This document shows, piece after piece, positions 39,932 to 49,239 of a stretch of DNA of 64,000 bases. Origin of the DNA: Promethearchaeota archaeon (lineage in GTDB: Archaea; Asgardarchaeota; Lokiarchaeia; Sigyniarchaeales; SOKP01). Position 1 is the first letter of the stretch. Each line of letters opens with the position of its first letter. The translations under genes were made by a program, and so were the position numbers. The stretch covers positions 1-64,000 of the forward strand of contig JAGXNO010000010.1 in assembly GCA_019894975.1 (NCBI GenBank), in the 5' to 3' direction. A model generated the notes under the pieces. The model worked only from the letters and a program-made list of their open reading frames with translations. It did no database searches and was not told the origin of the DNA.

Positions 39932-41560
39932 TTAATTCTTAGATGCGTTTTTTTTCTTGAATCGCAACAATTTATTTAATCCTTTTAACAACGAGAGCAC
40001 AGAACTCATTACAATATCCTCATGGGTTGCACTTGCTTTTACAATGTGATTACTTTCAATATCCATAATTTCAATCGTTGAATGACCTAGGGCTTCAGTT
40101 CCTCCTGTTATCGCATCAATTTGATAATTCAATAATTTAATTTTACTCATAGGTTCAAAGCATTTAATAATTGCGTTGACTGATGCATCAACAGGTCCGA
40201 CCCCAATTGATGAGGCGACTTTTATGATACTATTTCCATTATCATCAATCTTTAAACGAACTGTAGATGTGGGTGTAATAGAGCCAGTTAAAACAGTTAA
40301 TTCTTCAAGTTTTACAAATTGATCCTCTTCGGGTAGTTCTCCGATAACATCTTTGAGTATTGCAAAGAAATCTTCTTCTTTAACCTCATGTCCTTTGTCA
40401 CCAAAAGCCTTAACATGCCCCATGATATTAGAAAATTGGTCATCCGAAGTATGAATACCTAAATCTTCTAATTTTGCCTTAAGTGCATGCCCTCCAGTAT
40501 GTTTCCCTAACTTTATCGATTGCTTAATAATGTCTTCTACATTATCGGTGCGTTTAATTCCTATTAATTCAGGTGTTATTGGTTCGTATGCACGAGCATG
40601 TTGAATCATTGCATGAGCATGAATACCTGATTCGTGTGCAAAGGCATTTTGACCAATTAGAGGAGTCAAACGTCCAATTGTGATTTTTCCCCCACATAAG
40701 CTTTCTACTAATTTTGCTGTTGGAAAAATCAATCTTGTATTTATATTCATCGGGATCCTATATAAAGCATATAGAGACATGGCAGTTTCTTCAAATGACG
40801 CATTTCCTGTTCTTTCTCCTAATCCTAATATTGTTGTTTGGGCTTCGGAAGCACCATTTTCAAATCCGGCTATTGTATTTGCCACACCCAAACCAAAATC
40901 ATTATGACAATGTACCGCAATCCTTACATCTTTAGGTAATGATTCATAATTTTTTCTCACGATATATCCATATGCAGTTGGAGATATTGTACCTACAGTA
41001 TCAGGAATATTTATTCGAGTAGCTCCGCTTTCGACAGCAGCTTGATTCACCTTAATTAAATAATCTAAATCTGTACGTGTCGCATCTTCAGCTGAAAATT
41101 CAATTTCAGAATAATGTTCTTTTGCATAAGAAATCAATTCTATAACACTATTAAGAACTTCTTCTCTCGTCATTTTAAGCTTTTCTTTTAAGTGTAAGTC
41201 CGAGGTTGCAATAAATACATGTATCGAATCCATATCTGCTTCAATAACCTTATCAATATCAACTTTTTTAATACGAGCTAACCCTATTATTTCTGAATCT
41301 AACCCTAGCTTAGAAATCTCCTTACAAGCTTCAAAATCACCCGGAGATATTACTGGAAATCCCGCTTCAATAACATCAATACCCAATGCATTTAATGATT
41401 GGGCTATAGATATTTTTTCTTTAAGAGCAAAACTAATTCCTGGCGTTTGTTCCCCATCACGAAGTGTCGTGTCGAAGAAGTATGCTTTTTTGGGCAGGAT
41501 TAAATCTCCTCGAATTTTTTCCATCATATCGGAAACCATTATATCACTTTTTTCATTCAT
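39932..41560 (-). CDS. leuA: 2-isopropylmalate synthase (LeuA/CimA family) with allosteric domain
   Basis: DTTLRDGEQTPG, HCHNDFG, GERTGNA, HESGIH, GVGPVDA; cimA cannot be excluded. Confidence 0.85.
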   Translation of the reverse strand: MNEKSDIMVSDMMEKIRGDLILPKKAYFFDTTLRDGEQTPGISFALKEKISIAQSLNALGIDVIEAGFPVISPGDFEACKEISKLGLDSEIIGLARIKKVDIDKVIEADMDSIHVFIATSDLHLKEKLKMTREEVLNSVIELISYAKEHYSEIEFSAEDATRTDLDYLIKVNQAAVESGATRINIPDTVGTISPTAYGYIVRKNYESLPKDVRIAVHCHNDFGLGVANTIAGFENGASEAQTTILGLGERTGNASFEETAMSLYALYRIPMNINTRLIFPTAKLVESLCGGKITIGRLTPLIGQNAFAHESGIHAHAMIQHARAYEPITPELIGIKRTDNVEDIIKQSIKLGKHTGGHALKAKLEDLGIHTSDDQFSNIMGHVKAFGDKGHEVKEEDFFAILKDVIGELPEEDQFVKLEELTVLTGSITPTSTVRLKIDDNGNSIIKVASSIGVGPVDASVNAIIKCFEPMSKIKLLNYQIDAITGGTEALGHSTIEIMDIESNHIVKASATHEDIVMSSVLSLLKGLNKLLRFKKKNASKN

Positions 41561-41596
41561 TATTTTTGACCTTCTTAAATTTCTTTATTTCTTAAC

Positions 41597-41654
41597 AATC
41601 CTTTTACCGTTGTGAGAAAAGTAATGTAAATTAATCCTCACAAGGAAAAGGATT
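41597..41654 (-). promoter_or_regulatory. Long RNA hairpin between the leader ORF and leuA
   Basis: AAUCCUUUU-CC-UUGUGAG ... CUCACAA-C-GG-U-AAAAGGAUU, 18 bp in three segments. Confidence 0.7.
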
Positions 41655-41776
41655 TATAATAATAAGTTTAAATCTAATTCACGTAAACACAATCCTAGTG
41701 AGGAATAACACTTCGAAATATTTCTTAAGTTAGATTCGAGTGATGGGTGAAGTGTTCTCATTCTCAATAATCTCAT
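41654..41776 (-). CDS. Putative leu operon leader peptide (40 aa, 13 Leu)
   Basis: MRLLRMRTLHPSLESNLRNISKCYSSLGLCLRELDLNLLL*; directly upstream of leuA on the same strand. Confidence 0.65.
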   Translation of the reverse strand: MRLLRMRTLHPSLESNLRNISKCYSSLGLCLRELDLNLLL

Positions 41777-41967
41777 AGTATTGTATTTTATAAAATAAAT
41801 TGCTTGTAGTTTTAAAAATATTACGATAAATTCTTCTCAAATTCTTATTAATTCTGACAGAATCCTTAGTACAAATTTAAATAAAATTATATGGGGAACT
41901 TTATTCCTTAACGCTTTTTATACCAATCTCATTTTATTCATTTAGAAACAATTTGGTTTAAATAAAA

Positions 41968-42648
41968 ATGAGAAAAGCAAATAAAATATTAATTGGAACC
42001 TTTGCTTTAATGATACTATTTACCATAGTAAGCATAAATACGGCGGTTGCTGCAGATACATCAGTTGAAGTAAATGATGATCATTATCAAGCAAGAATAC
42101 AAGCAAATAACAGTGTAATGTTTACATTTCGACAGAGGACAAGACTTTCATTTAGTTCAACAGTGAACATGGATGTAGATATTAATTGTGATGCTTTAAG
42201 AATTGGTGTGAAATCGTTCGAAATTGAAGTTGATTGCGATCAAGACATGGCAATGAACATGACTTGTACTGAAGAACAAGCTGAATTAGGATTATTGTTG
42301 GGAAATAGAACCACAGTACGAAACCGACATAGATATTTGTACCAGGAAGGCTTTTGTATTTCACTACAATGTAATTACTCCGGTGATTTTCAAGCTAAAC
42401 TAAAAATCGAAGCAAACAATCAAAATCGCATGGGAACATGGGCATACTATGACGAGGTTTCAGAGGAATGGGTTTCAGTTCCAACCTCCATAGAAGACGG
42501 TTATTTAGTTACTGAGACAGACCATTTTTCCTATTGGACTATATTAATCCCTGAATCCGATAATAATTTCGTATTTTACATCGGTTTAATTGGTATTGTA
42601 GGGATTATAGCCGTAATATCAGTTATATATCTTAGAAAACGAGATTAA
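41968..42648 (+). CDS. Membrane-anchored surface protein
   Basis: Signal peptide, beta-rich ectodomain ending WAYYD..W..VPT..TETDHFSYWTI, C-terminal TM and RKRD. Confidence 0.75.
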   Translation: MRKANKILIGTFALMILFTIVSINTAVAADTSVEVNDDHYQARIQANNSVMFTFRQRTRLSFSSTVNMDVDINCDALRIGVKSFEIEVDCDQDMAMNMTCTEEQAELGLLLGNRTTVRNRHRYLYQEGFCISLQCNYSGDFQAKLKIEANNQNRMGTWAYYDEVSEEWVSVPTSIEDGYLVTETDHFSYWTILIPESDNNFVFYIGLIGIVGIIAVISVIYLRKRD

Positions 42649-42725
42649 AAGCAAAGAGAAGTTTAAATATTTTTTTTTTATTTTTTAGATAAACATATGT
42701 AGGAATAATAATAACATAAAAATAA

Positions 42726-43988
42726 TTGACTCATAAAAATAAAATTAACAGGGCAAGGCGCAAAGTAAGCCTAGTATTATCATTTGTTATCCTCTTTGAG
42801 ATAACTTTATTTTTAACTAATGGCTTTGCAAGAGTAGAAAATGTCCCAGAATTTTGGAAAACGGACACTGTAAATCCCGATGAGTTTGTATCTTATCGTT
42901 TTCCAAACGATATAATCTTTGATATTAATACAACTTCGAAGATTGAACTATCTATACAATATGAAACCAGAATTAGCAATCGTCAAGCCTTTTTTTCATT
43001 TAACCATAATGAATCAATTTCTTTAAATATAACATCAAAGACAAGCATGAAGAATTTTGGCTTACCCAATATACCTAGCGCACCCAAAAAAGGAAGTTTT
43101 CAATTAAGATATCAATATAATTGTATTTTTAGAATACAGTCAAACTCTTCACTTGAGAATTTCACTATAAGATATCGCAAAACACATCAATTCGGATTAA
43201 ATTCGAAAATAAACTATTCCGTAGCTATATTTGAAGCAAGTCAAGAAGCATGGGAATTAGTTGAAACAGAAGAAAAATTGAATCAATCCAGTGCTGAATT
43301 GTATTTAGAGAGCCCCCTTCCGGAAATTGAAAGTCAGACTGAATATTACGTAACCGTCTTTGAGTTCACAACAGCACCATTTGATTGGACTTGGTTAATT
43401 TTCACGATTATGATAATTGGGGCCAGTATACTATCAGTGGCATTTCTTATATCAAAAAAAGACTATTTCCAATATTTGAGAAAAAGAACTGTATCCATTG
43501 AAAAAGGAGCTCACAGATTATCTTTAGATAAGGTGTTAGAAAATGAAAATAGAAACAAGATTATTGAACTCATTTTAAATGAACCTGGTATCCATTTCAA
43601 CGAATTACTAAGAAAAACAGGTCTTGCTGCAGGGAATTTAGTTTGGCATCTTGATATCTTACAGACATTTAAAATAGTTGGTAAAAAGCGAATAGGTAAC
43701 TTTATCGCTTATTTCCCTTATTATCAGAAGAATCCAATTTCTAATGTAGATTTGAAACTTCAAAAAAGTAAACTTACCTTAGAAATACTAGAAATGATCG
43801 AAAATGAACCTGGTACATGGAATAATTTGATTACGAAAAAATTCAAGGTCGACCATAAAACAATCCATTATCACTTGAGCAAGTTACAGGAACTTGGACT
43901 TATTAAATTAGAAAAAGAGGGAAGAAAAAACAAGATTTATCCAAATTTTGATTCTGATTACTATAAACACAAGAACAACGCCAAGTAG
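42726..43988 (+). CDS. Membrane-bound regulator: ectodomain + TM + tandem winged HTH
   Basis: Signal peptide, TM near aa 222-243, VLENENRNKIIELILNEPGIHFNEL..GNLVWHL, second HTH KTIHYHLSKL. Confidence 0.82.
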   Translation: MTHKNKINRARRKVSLVLSFVILFEITLFLTNGFARVENVPEFWKTDTVNPDEFVSYRFPNDIIFDINTTSKIELSIQYETRISNRQAFFSFNHNESISLNITSKTSMKNFGLPNIPSAPKKGSFQLRYQYNCIFRIQSNSSLENFTIRYRKTHQFGLNSKINYSVAIFEASQEAWELVETEEKLNQSSAELYLESPLPEIESQTEYYVTVFEFTTAPFDWTWLIFTIMIIGASILSVAFLISKKDYFQYLRKRTVSIEKGAHRLSLDKVLENENRNKIIELILNEPGIHFNELLRKTGLAAGNLVWHLDILQTFKIVGKKRIGNFIAYFPYYQKNPISNVDLKLQKSKLTLEILEMIENEPGTWNNLITKKFKVDHKTIHYHLSKLQELGLIKLEKEGRKNKIYPNFDSDYYKHKNNAK

Positions 43989-44089
43989 AATAGATTACAA
44001 AATCTCTTTTTTACACTTTTTTTAATTTGAGAATTATAAGTTATTTTAGTAGCATTTTTAATAGATTTTAGATATAAGAAGATCAAATT

Positions 44090-44617
44090 TTGAGTTTTTC
44101 AGGAAAAATTATAATGATTGAGCCTAAAGCATTTTTAGAATTAATTAAGGAGAGAAGAAGTATTAGAGCATTTTTAGATAAACCAATTCCAGAAGAAGAA
44201 ATAGAAATGATTCTTGAAGCGGGACGTTGGGCACCCTCTGCTTCCAATAGACAACCTTGGAATTTTATCCTCATCAAGAATAAAAATATTCTAAAGGAAT
44301 TAGCAAGGGTTACCGGTTATGGTTATTTTATTGCTGAAGCTTCATTTGCCGTAGCTATTGTAGGGAAAACAAAAGTAAGCGGTAACTGGTATGTAATCGA
44401 TACTTCCTTAGTTTCAATGAACATGATGTTAATGGCCTGGTCTTTAGGAATAGGTACTTGTTGGATTGGATCAATGAATAAAGATAAAGCAAAGCAATTA
44501 TTAGGGTTAGGTAAAAACGACTATTTGTTAACAGTTCTTCCTTTTGGGTATATCCAAGGAGGTATACCAGAACCTACTTACCGGCACCCTCTTAAGAATA
44601 TCATTAAGGAACTATAA
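44090..44617 (+). CDS. Nitroreductase family protein (start likely ATG 44114)
   Basis: RRSIRAF, WAPSASNRQPWNF, SLGIGTCWIG. Confidence 0.92.
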   Translation: MSFSGKIIMIEPKAFLELIKERRSIRAFLDKPIPEEEIEMILEAGRWAPSASNRQPWNFILIKNKNILKELARVTGYGYFIAEASFAVAIVGKTKVSGNWYVIDTSLVSMNMMLMAWSLGIGTCWIGSMNKDKAKQLLGLGKNDYLLTVLPFGYIQGGIPEPTYRHPLKNIIKEL

Positions 44618-44669
44618 CTTTAGTAGTTCTAAATGAGAGATATAAATAAAAATAATTTAATTTTCGATT

Positions 44670-45182
44670 ATGTTCGTTAAAGTAACAATAATAGGGGATA
44701 CCCACGTAAAATCTATTAATGAAATACCTAATGAGATGATAAAGGAAATAAAAAAGTCTGATTGGGTAATACATGTCGGTGACTACACCTTTGTAGATGT
44801 TTTACATGGCTTAATTGAATTAAAGGGGAATTATTTTAGGGGTGTTTATGGTAATGCTGATCCAAAACCGATTTGGGATAAAGTACCTTTAAAAGAAGTT
44901 ATTGAAATTAAAGGGAAAAGAATTGGAATTACACATCCTGCGAGTGGTGGTTCACACGAGAATATACAAACCAAAGTTATAGCAGAATTTAAGAACGATA
45001 ACGTTGATATTATAATCTTTGGTCATACTCATAAACCTAGTATTCATTATAAAGAAAATCTCATAATTATAAATCCTGGAAAGGGTTATTTAGAGAAAGC
45101 TTACTATGGACCTTCTACTACCATTGCTATCCTTGAAATCGATGATGATATTCGAGCAAGTATAAAAGAAATCAGGGCCTAG
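44670..45182 (+). CDS. YfcE/MJ0936-type metallophosphoesterase
   Basis: GDTH, HVGD, GNAD, FGHTH, NPG. Confidence 0.9.
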   Translation: MFVKVTIIGDTHVKSINEIPNEMIKEIKKSDWVIHVGDYTFVDVLHGLIELKGNYFRGVYGNADPKPIWDKVPLKEVIEIKGKRIGITHPASGGSHENIQTKVIAEFKNDNVDIIIFGHTHKPSIHYKENLIIINPGKGYLEKAYYGPSTTIAILEIDDDIRASIKEIRA

Positions 45183-45222
45183 AATTGAATTATCCATGAA
45201 TTAACTCAAATAAGCCATTTAA

Positions 45223-45512
45223 TTATATTATAAATATAGCAATAGCTATAACTGTTACCCATTCGCCAATGATCTTAACTTTAGCTGTTTTAGTAATGTT
45301 TTTCGTTTCAATAGTTGTTCCGTTAATTTTTAATATTTCTTGCTTTCCTTTAAAATCAGATTACAAAATGGGGGAATGATTGAAGAAACTTTAACAATAC
45401 TGAATCTTTCAATGCCTGCATCTCTTAATGCTTCTTCAAATGAGCGTAATTCTGAATTTCTCGAGAATCCTGTTCCTTTAACAAAAAATATCTTCTTTGG
45501 TACAAAACTCAT
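45223..45512 (-). pseudogene. pdaD: Pyruvoyl-dependent arginine decarboxylase with internal deletion and frameshift
   Basis: N-part [37 protein letters not shown]; other frame gives C-terminus [33 protein letters not shown]; middle missing. Confidence 0.8.
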
Positions 45513-45603
45513 GTTTTTTTTTAAGGATTAAAGGTTGTGTGTTCAACTTATTTACTTTTAATGATTATATACTATTTAAAATTTCTAACATATTAGTTAA
45601 CTT

Positions 45604-46593
45604 ATGTCGCATTTTCAAAAAGAAGATTATTTAAAAAAGAAAGTCTTTCCTATTGATGTTAAAGCAATACAAAATATTGATGATCTTTTAACATCTCTTA
45701 AGAGGTGTGGATTTCAAGGGAGAAATTTGGGTATTGCTCTTGATATCCTTTACAAGATGGTAAGTTCAGATGATATTTTAACAGTTTTAACTTTAAGTGG
45801 CGCAATGGTCCCTGCGGGAATGGGAGAAATAATTAGCGCTTTAATAGAGAACAAACTGATTGATGTATTAATTAGCACTGGTGCTAATATAACTCATGAT
45901 TTGATAGATTCAACATGCAATATAGGACATTATCTAGGAGATCCTAATGTAGATGACACTGAATTGTTTAATTTTAGAATAAATCGAATTTATGATATTT
46001 TTCTTCCTGAAAGTAGTTATGATATAGCCGATAAGCAATTATTTGAGATTATTGAGAAAATATATGAAACAAAAAATATACATGAAACTCCATCTAATTT
46101 TCTGAAAAAAATAGGAGAGGAATTACCCAATCGATGTATCTTATCAGTAGCGGCTAAAAATGATATCCCCATATTTGTCCCTGCTTTTTCAGATTCAGAA
46201 TTTGCATTAAAACTGTTAAAATATGAATATTATAATGATTATGATTTTCAATTTGATATTTTAGAGGATGTAAAAAATTATGCTGATATTATTAGAAAAT
46301 CAAAAGAATATGGCTCTATAATAGTAGGTGGGGGTGTTCCAAGGAATTGGGCGCAACAGATATTTCCAATGTTAGATGAATTTGATAATATTGAAAGACT
46401 TGGTTATAACTACTCAGTTCGTATACACACCGCAACAGAATATGATGGGGGGCTTTCAGGAAGTACGTTTTCAGAAGCAAGGTCTTGGGGTAAATATGAT
46501 TTAGAATCCAAACATGTAAGTGTCTGGTGTGACGCTACAATCGCTTTACCGATTTTAATTTCAGGATTATTCCAACGATTGAAAATAATTTAA
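45604..46593 (+). CDS. dhs: Deoxyhypusine synthase family protein
   Basis: GFQGRNLG, STGANITHD, GGGVPRN, GGLSGSTFSEARSWGK, DATIALP. Confidence 0.88.
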   Translation: MSHFQKEDYLKKKVFPIDVKAIQNIDDLLTSLKRCGFQGRNLGIALDILYKMVSSDDILTVLTLSGAMVPAGMGEIISALIENKLIDVLISTGANITHDLIDSTCNIGHYLGDPNVDDTELFNFRINRIYDIFLPESSYDIADKQLFEIIEKIYETKNIHETPSNFLKKIGEELPNRCILSVAAKNDIPIFVPAFSDSEFALKLLKYEYYNDYDFQFDILEDVKNYADIIRKSKEYGSIIVGGGVPRNWAQQIFPMLDEFDNIERLGYNYSVRIHTATEYDGGLSGSTFSEARSWGKYDLESKHVSVWCDATIALPILISGLFQRLKII

Positions 46594-46599
46594 AAATTT

Positions 46600-47904
46600 T
46601 TAATTATCCTCTAGTTTTATAGCATTGTTTAAAAGACTATAAGCTTTTTCTCTCTCATTTTCTTCAAGCGAGCAATCTGTTATCTTCCAAAATCTATATT
46701 CATGATTAAAATAAGCAGCACAATTGTTTCTTATCTTTTCAGGGCAGTTTGTAATTTGCCAGCACTGAAATTTTCTACTTTCAAAGATTTTATGGATTTT
46801 CTTAGGGAGTCTCTTGTAATTGAAATCTGTTTCTTTTAGATATGAGTCTAAATTATTTGAGTTATAAGTGTTCCAGAATAATACTTTTCTATCCTTATTT
46901 TCTCTATCTGCTAAATAATCGAACATAGCAGCCATAGCTTTTCCTGTATAGGTAGTATCTAAATGAAACCCTTTGTCTTTCCCTTCTAATTCGTAAATAC
47001 TATCTACTGCATTTTGACTTTTTATTGTTTTTATTCCATATCCCGAACCTAAATATCCTCTAATAAAATCAAAATCATTTTCGCTTATTTTGATTCTTGG
47101 AATTTCTGTGTCTCGTTTGTGCAAAAACTTGATTGCTTTATTTGCATTTCTAGTAACGGTAGATGGATTTGCAGTCATATTGGTATAAACAGCTACAACA
47201 TTGATTTTTGAATTTAATCCTGATAACTTGCATCCTGCAATTAAACCCGCACTAGAACCCGTTGATGCTCCAGCAATAAAAATTTCATCTGGTTCAGGAA
47301 TTTGATTTCTATCTATTTGTTCTTTTAATTCAAAAGCAGCATTAATAAAACCTAAAGTCCCTAAAGATGTTCCAAAACCAAAAAGAGGTGATCCTCCTGG
47401 AAGCATAAAATAATATTTTGGTTTGCGTATTTGAAATAATAAAGTTTTTATGAAAGTAGTAATATCACTTCCAACGGGATGAAATTTTGCGCCAAAATAA
47501 TCGAATAATAGTAATGAACGTTGTACATGCCAAGTTATTGGTTGAGAAAATAGAAATATATCGCACCTTAAGGGTAAATCCAATTCTTTACACATTATAG
47601 CACAAGCTAATCCATGATTAGTACCAAATCCTCCAAAAGTAATAATCCCTTTCTTTTTTTTTTTTACTACATCCCCAAAAATAAATTCAAACTTTCGGAG
47701 CTTATTTCCCCCATAAATGTGATGGCTTAGATCATCTCGTTTAATGTAAATTTGACCACTGGTGAGATAGAAATGTTGTTCTAATTTATTTAATCTCTCT
47801 ACAGGTGTGGGTGTATTAGTAAGTAAAGGGATCCAAGGAACTTTTTCCTTTAATTTTGGATATATTTTGAATAAGATAGGTTCTGTCCTTTGCATATTTA
47901 TCAA
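46600..47904 (-). CDS. ACC deaminase / D-cysteine desulfhydrase family PLP enzyme with C-terminal Cys-Trp module
   Basis: PTPV, IKRDD, GGNKLRKFEF, TNHG, LDTTYTGKA; tail CWQITNCP...C.AY. Confidence 0.85.
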   Translation of the reverse strand: MINMQRTEPILFKIYPKLKEKVPWIPLLTNTPTPVERLNKLEQHFYLTSGQIYIKRDDLSHHIYGGNKLRKFEFIFGDVVKKKKKGIITFGGFGTNHGLACAIMCKELDLPLRCDIFLFSQPITWHVQRSLLLFDYFGAKFHPVGSDITTFIKTLLFQIRKPKYYFMLPGGSPLFGFGTSLGTLGFINAAFELKEQIDRNQIPEPDEIFIAGASTGSSAGLIAGCKLSGLNSKINVVAVYTNMTANPSTVTRNANKAIKFLHKRDTEIPRIKISENDFDFIRGYLGSGYGIKTIKSQNAVDSIYELEGKDKGFHLDTTYTGKAMAAMFDYLADRENKDRKVLFWNTYNSNNLDSYLKETDFNYKRLPKKIHKIFESRKFQCWQITNCPEKIRNNCAAYFNHEYRFWKITDCSLEENEREKAYSLLNNAIKLEDN

Positions 47905-47919
47905 AATTAAAACAGATTA

Positions 47920-48819
47920 TTAGGATAATATGTATCCGTTGTTTTTCATGATTATTAAACCGTTTTTAAGAAACTTTTCGAAATGTTTTTCTATCATAAC
48001 TAATTCTGATATAATTTCGAAATTTTCATAGGTATATCTTCTATATATTAAATTTTTACCCTTAAGGTCAATTGGTCGAATATGTTTCTTCTCAGATAAA
48101 TTAGATAATATCCTTTCATCTCTCTTGAAAATAACCGATTTAAAATTGTCTAACTCAGATAGAATGTTATTCTTACCATATACAGGATTTTTATGGCCTA
48201 ACACAACAGTTTCTGCCCCCAAATCTTTAAGTTTGTCAATAGAATTTTCATATTCCATCAAATTAGAGTCAATACTTGCATAATATGGAAATCTTGTTAA
48301 ATCCATATCCCCAAAAAATGCAATTTTTGAATTAAGCTCAATAAATCCACAGTGACCCGCTGTATGGCCTGGACTATGGATTACTTTTAATTTTAAAGAA
48401 TTACCTATTTCAATAATTTCATTGTCTGCAATAAATGCTGATATTTTGGTATTTTGCATTCCAAACATGTCAAATAAAGTTTTAAATTCTTCTCCTGCCT
48501 TTTCACCTTGAACTCTATAATAGGGAAACATTTGTGTTATATCTTCAATAGGAATTTTATCTTTTTCATGACAAATGAATTTTGCACTAGGAAATAAATT
48601 ATTACCAGATATATGATCCTCGTGCCAATGACTTAGTACTACGGTTTTGATTTGAAAATCTTTTTGGATTTTTCTTAAACGTCGCCCTGAAACTCCTGTA
48701 TCTATTAAGGTGTTTCCAACAAGTAATGAGTGAGAATACGGATAATTTCCCTTTCCCTCTCCTTCTATAAAATAGATATTTTCAAACTCCTCAGATAATG
48801 TTTGTATAAAGTCTTGCAT
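47920..48819 (-). CDS. MBL-fold metallohydrolase
   Basis: IDTG, SHWHEDH, HSPGHTAGH, FGD, LGH. Confidence 0.9.
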   Translation of the reverse strand: MQDFIQTLSEEFENIYFIEGEGKGNYPYSHSLLVGNTLIDTGVSGRRLRKIQKDFQIKTVVLSHWHEDHISGNNLFPSAKFICHEKDKIPIEDITQMFPYYRVQGEKAGEEFKTLFDMFGMQNTKISAFIADNEIIEIGNSLKLKVIHSPGHTAGHCGFIELNSKIAFFGDMDLTRFPYYASIDSNLMEYENSIDKLKDLGAETVVLGHKNPVYGKNNILSELDNFKSVIFKRDERILSNLSEKKHIRPIDLKGKNLIYRRYTYENFEIISELVMIEKHFEKFLKNGLIIMKNNGYILS

Positions 48820-49033
48820 CGTGATTCATAGTAGTAAAAATTTGAGAAATTTAAACGATTTAGCTTTCTTAAAGTTTGGGATTAAACTCAAGCAAATTGA
48901 TAATTCTTAATTTTTACCTTTGGTTTCTTAACGAATAATTCTAATTTCTTGTTGGACTAAATTGTAGGAGTTTTTATGGTTCTAGAGAAAATGATGATTA
49001 AGATAAATCAAATAAAAATACACATACCAAATT

Positions 49034-49201
49034 ATGTATTATTTGTGCCCAAATTGCTCTTCAAACAGAAAACCAAAGGTTATCAACTATTTTCCCCCTA
49101 TAACTGCTAAATGTTTAGAGTGCGGATACATGAATCTAGAAAATAAGTTTATAAAAGAAGAAGAGCACAGTTTCAATCAACAACTCAATTATTCTCTTTG
49201 A
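49034..49201 (+). CDS. Unannotated 55-aa zinc-ribbon microprotein
   Basis: MYYLCPNCSSNRKPKVINYFPPITAKCLECGYMNLENKFIKEEEHSFNQQLNYSL*; two CxxC pairs. Confidence 0.7.
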   Translation: MYYLCPNCSSNRKPKVINYFPPITAKCLECGYMNLENKFIKEEEHSFNQQLNYSL

Positions 49202-49239
49202 GTTATTCTATTTATTCTTTTTTTTATTTTAAAGGTATA

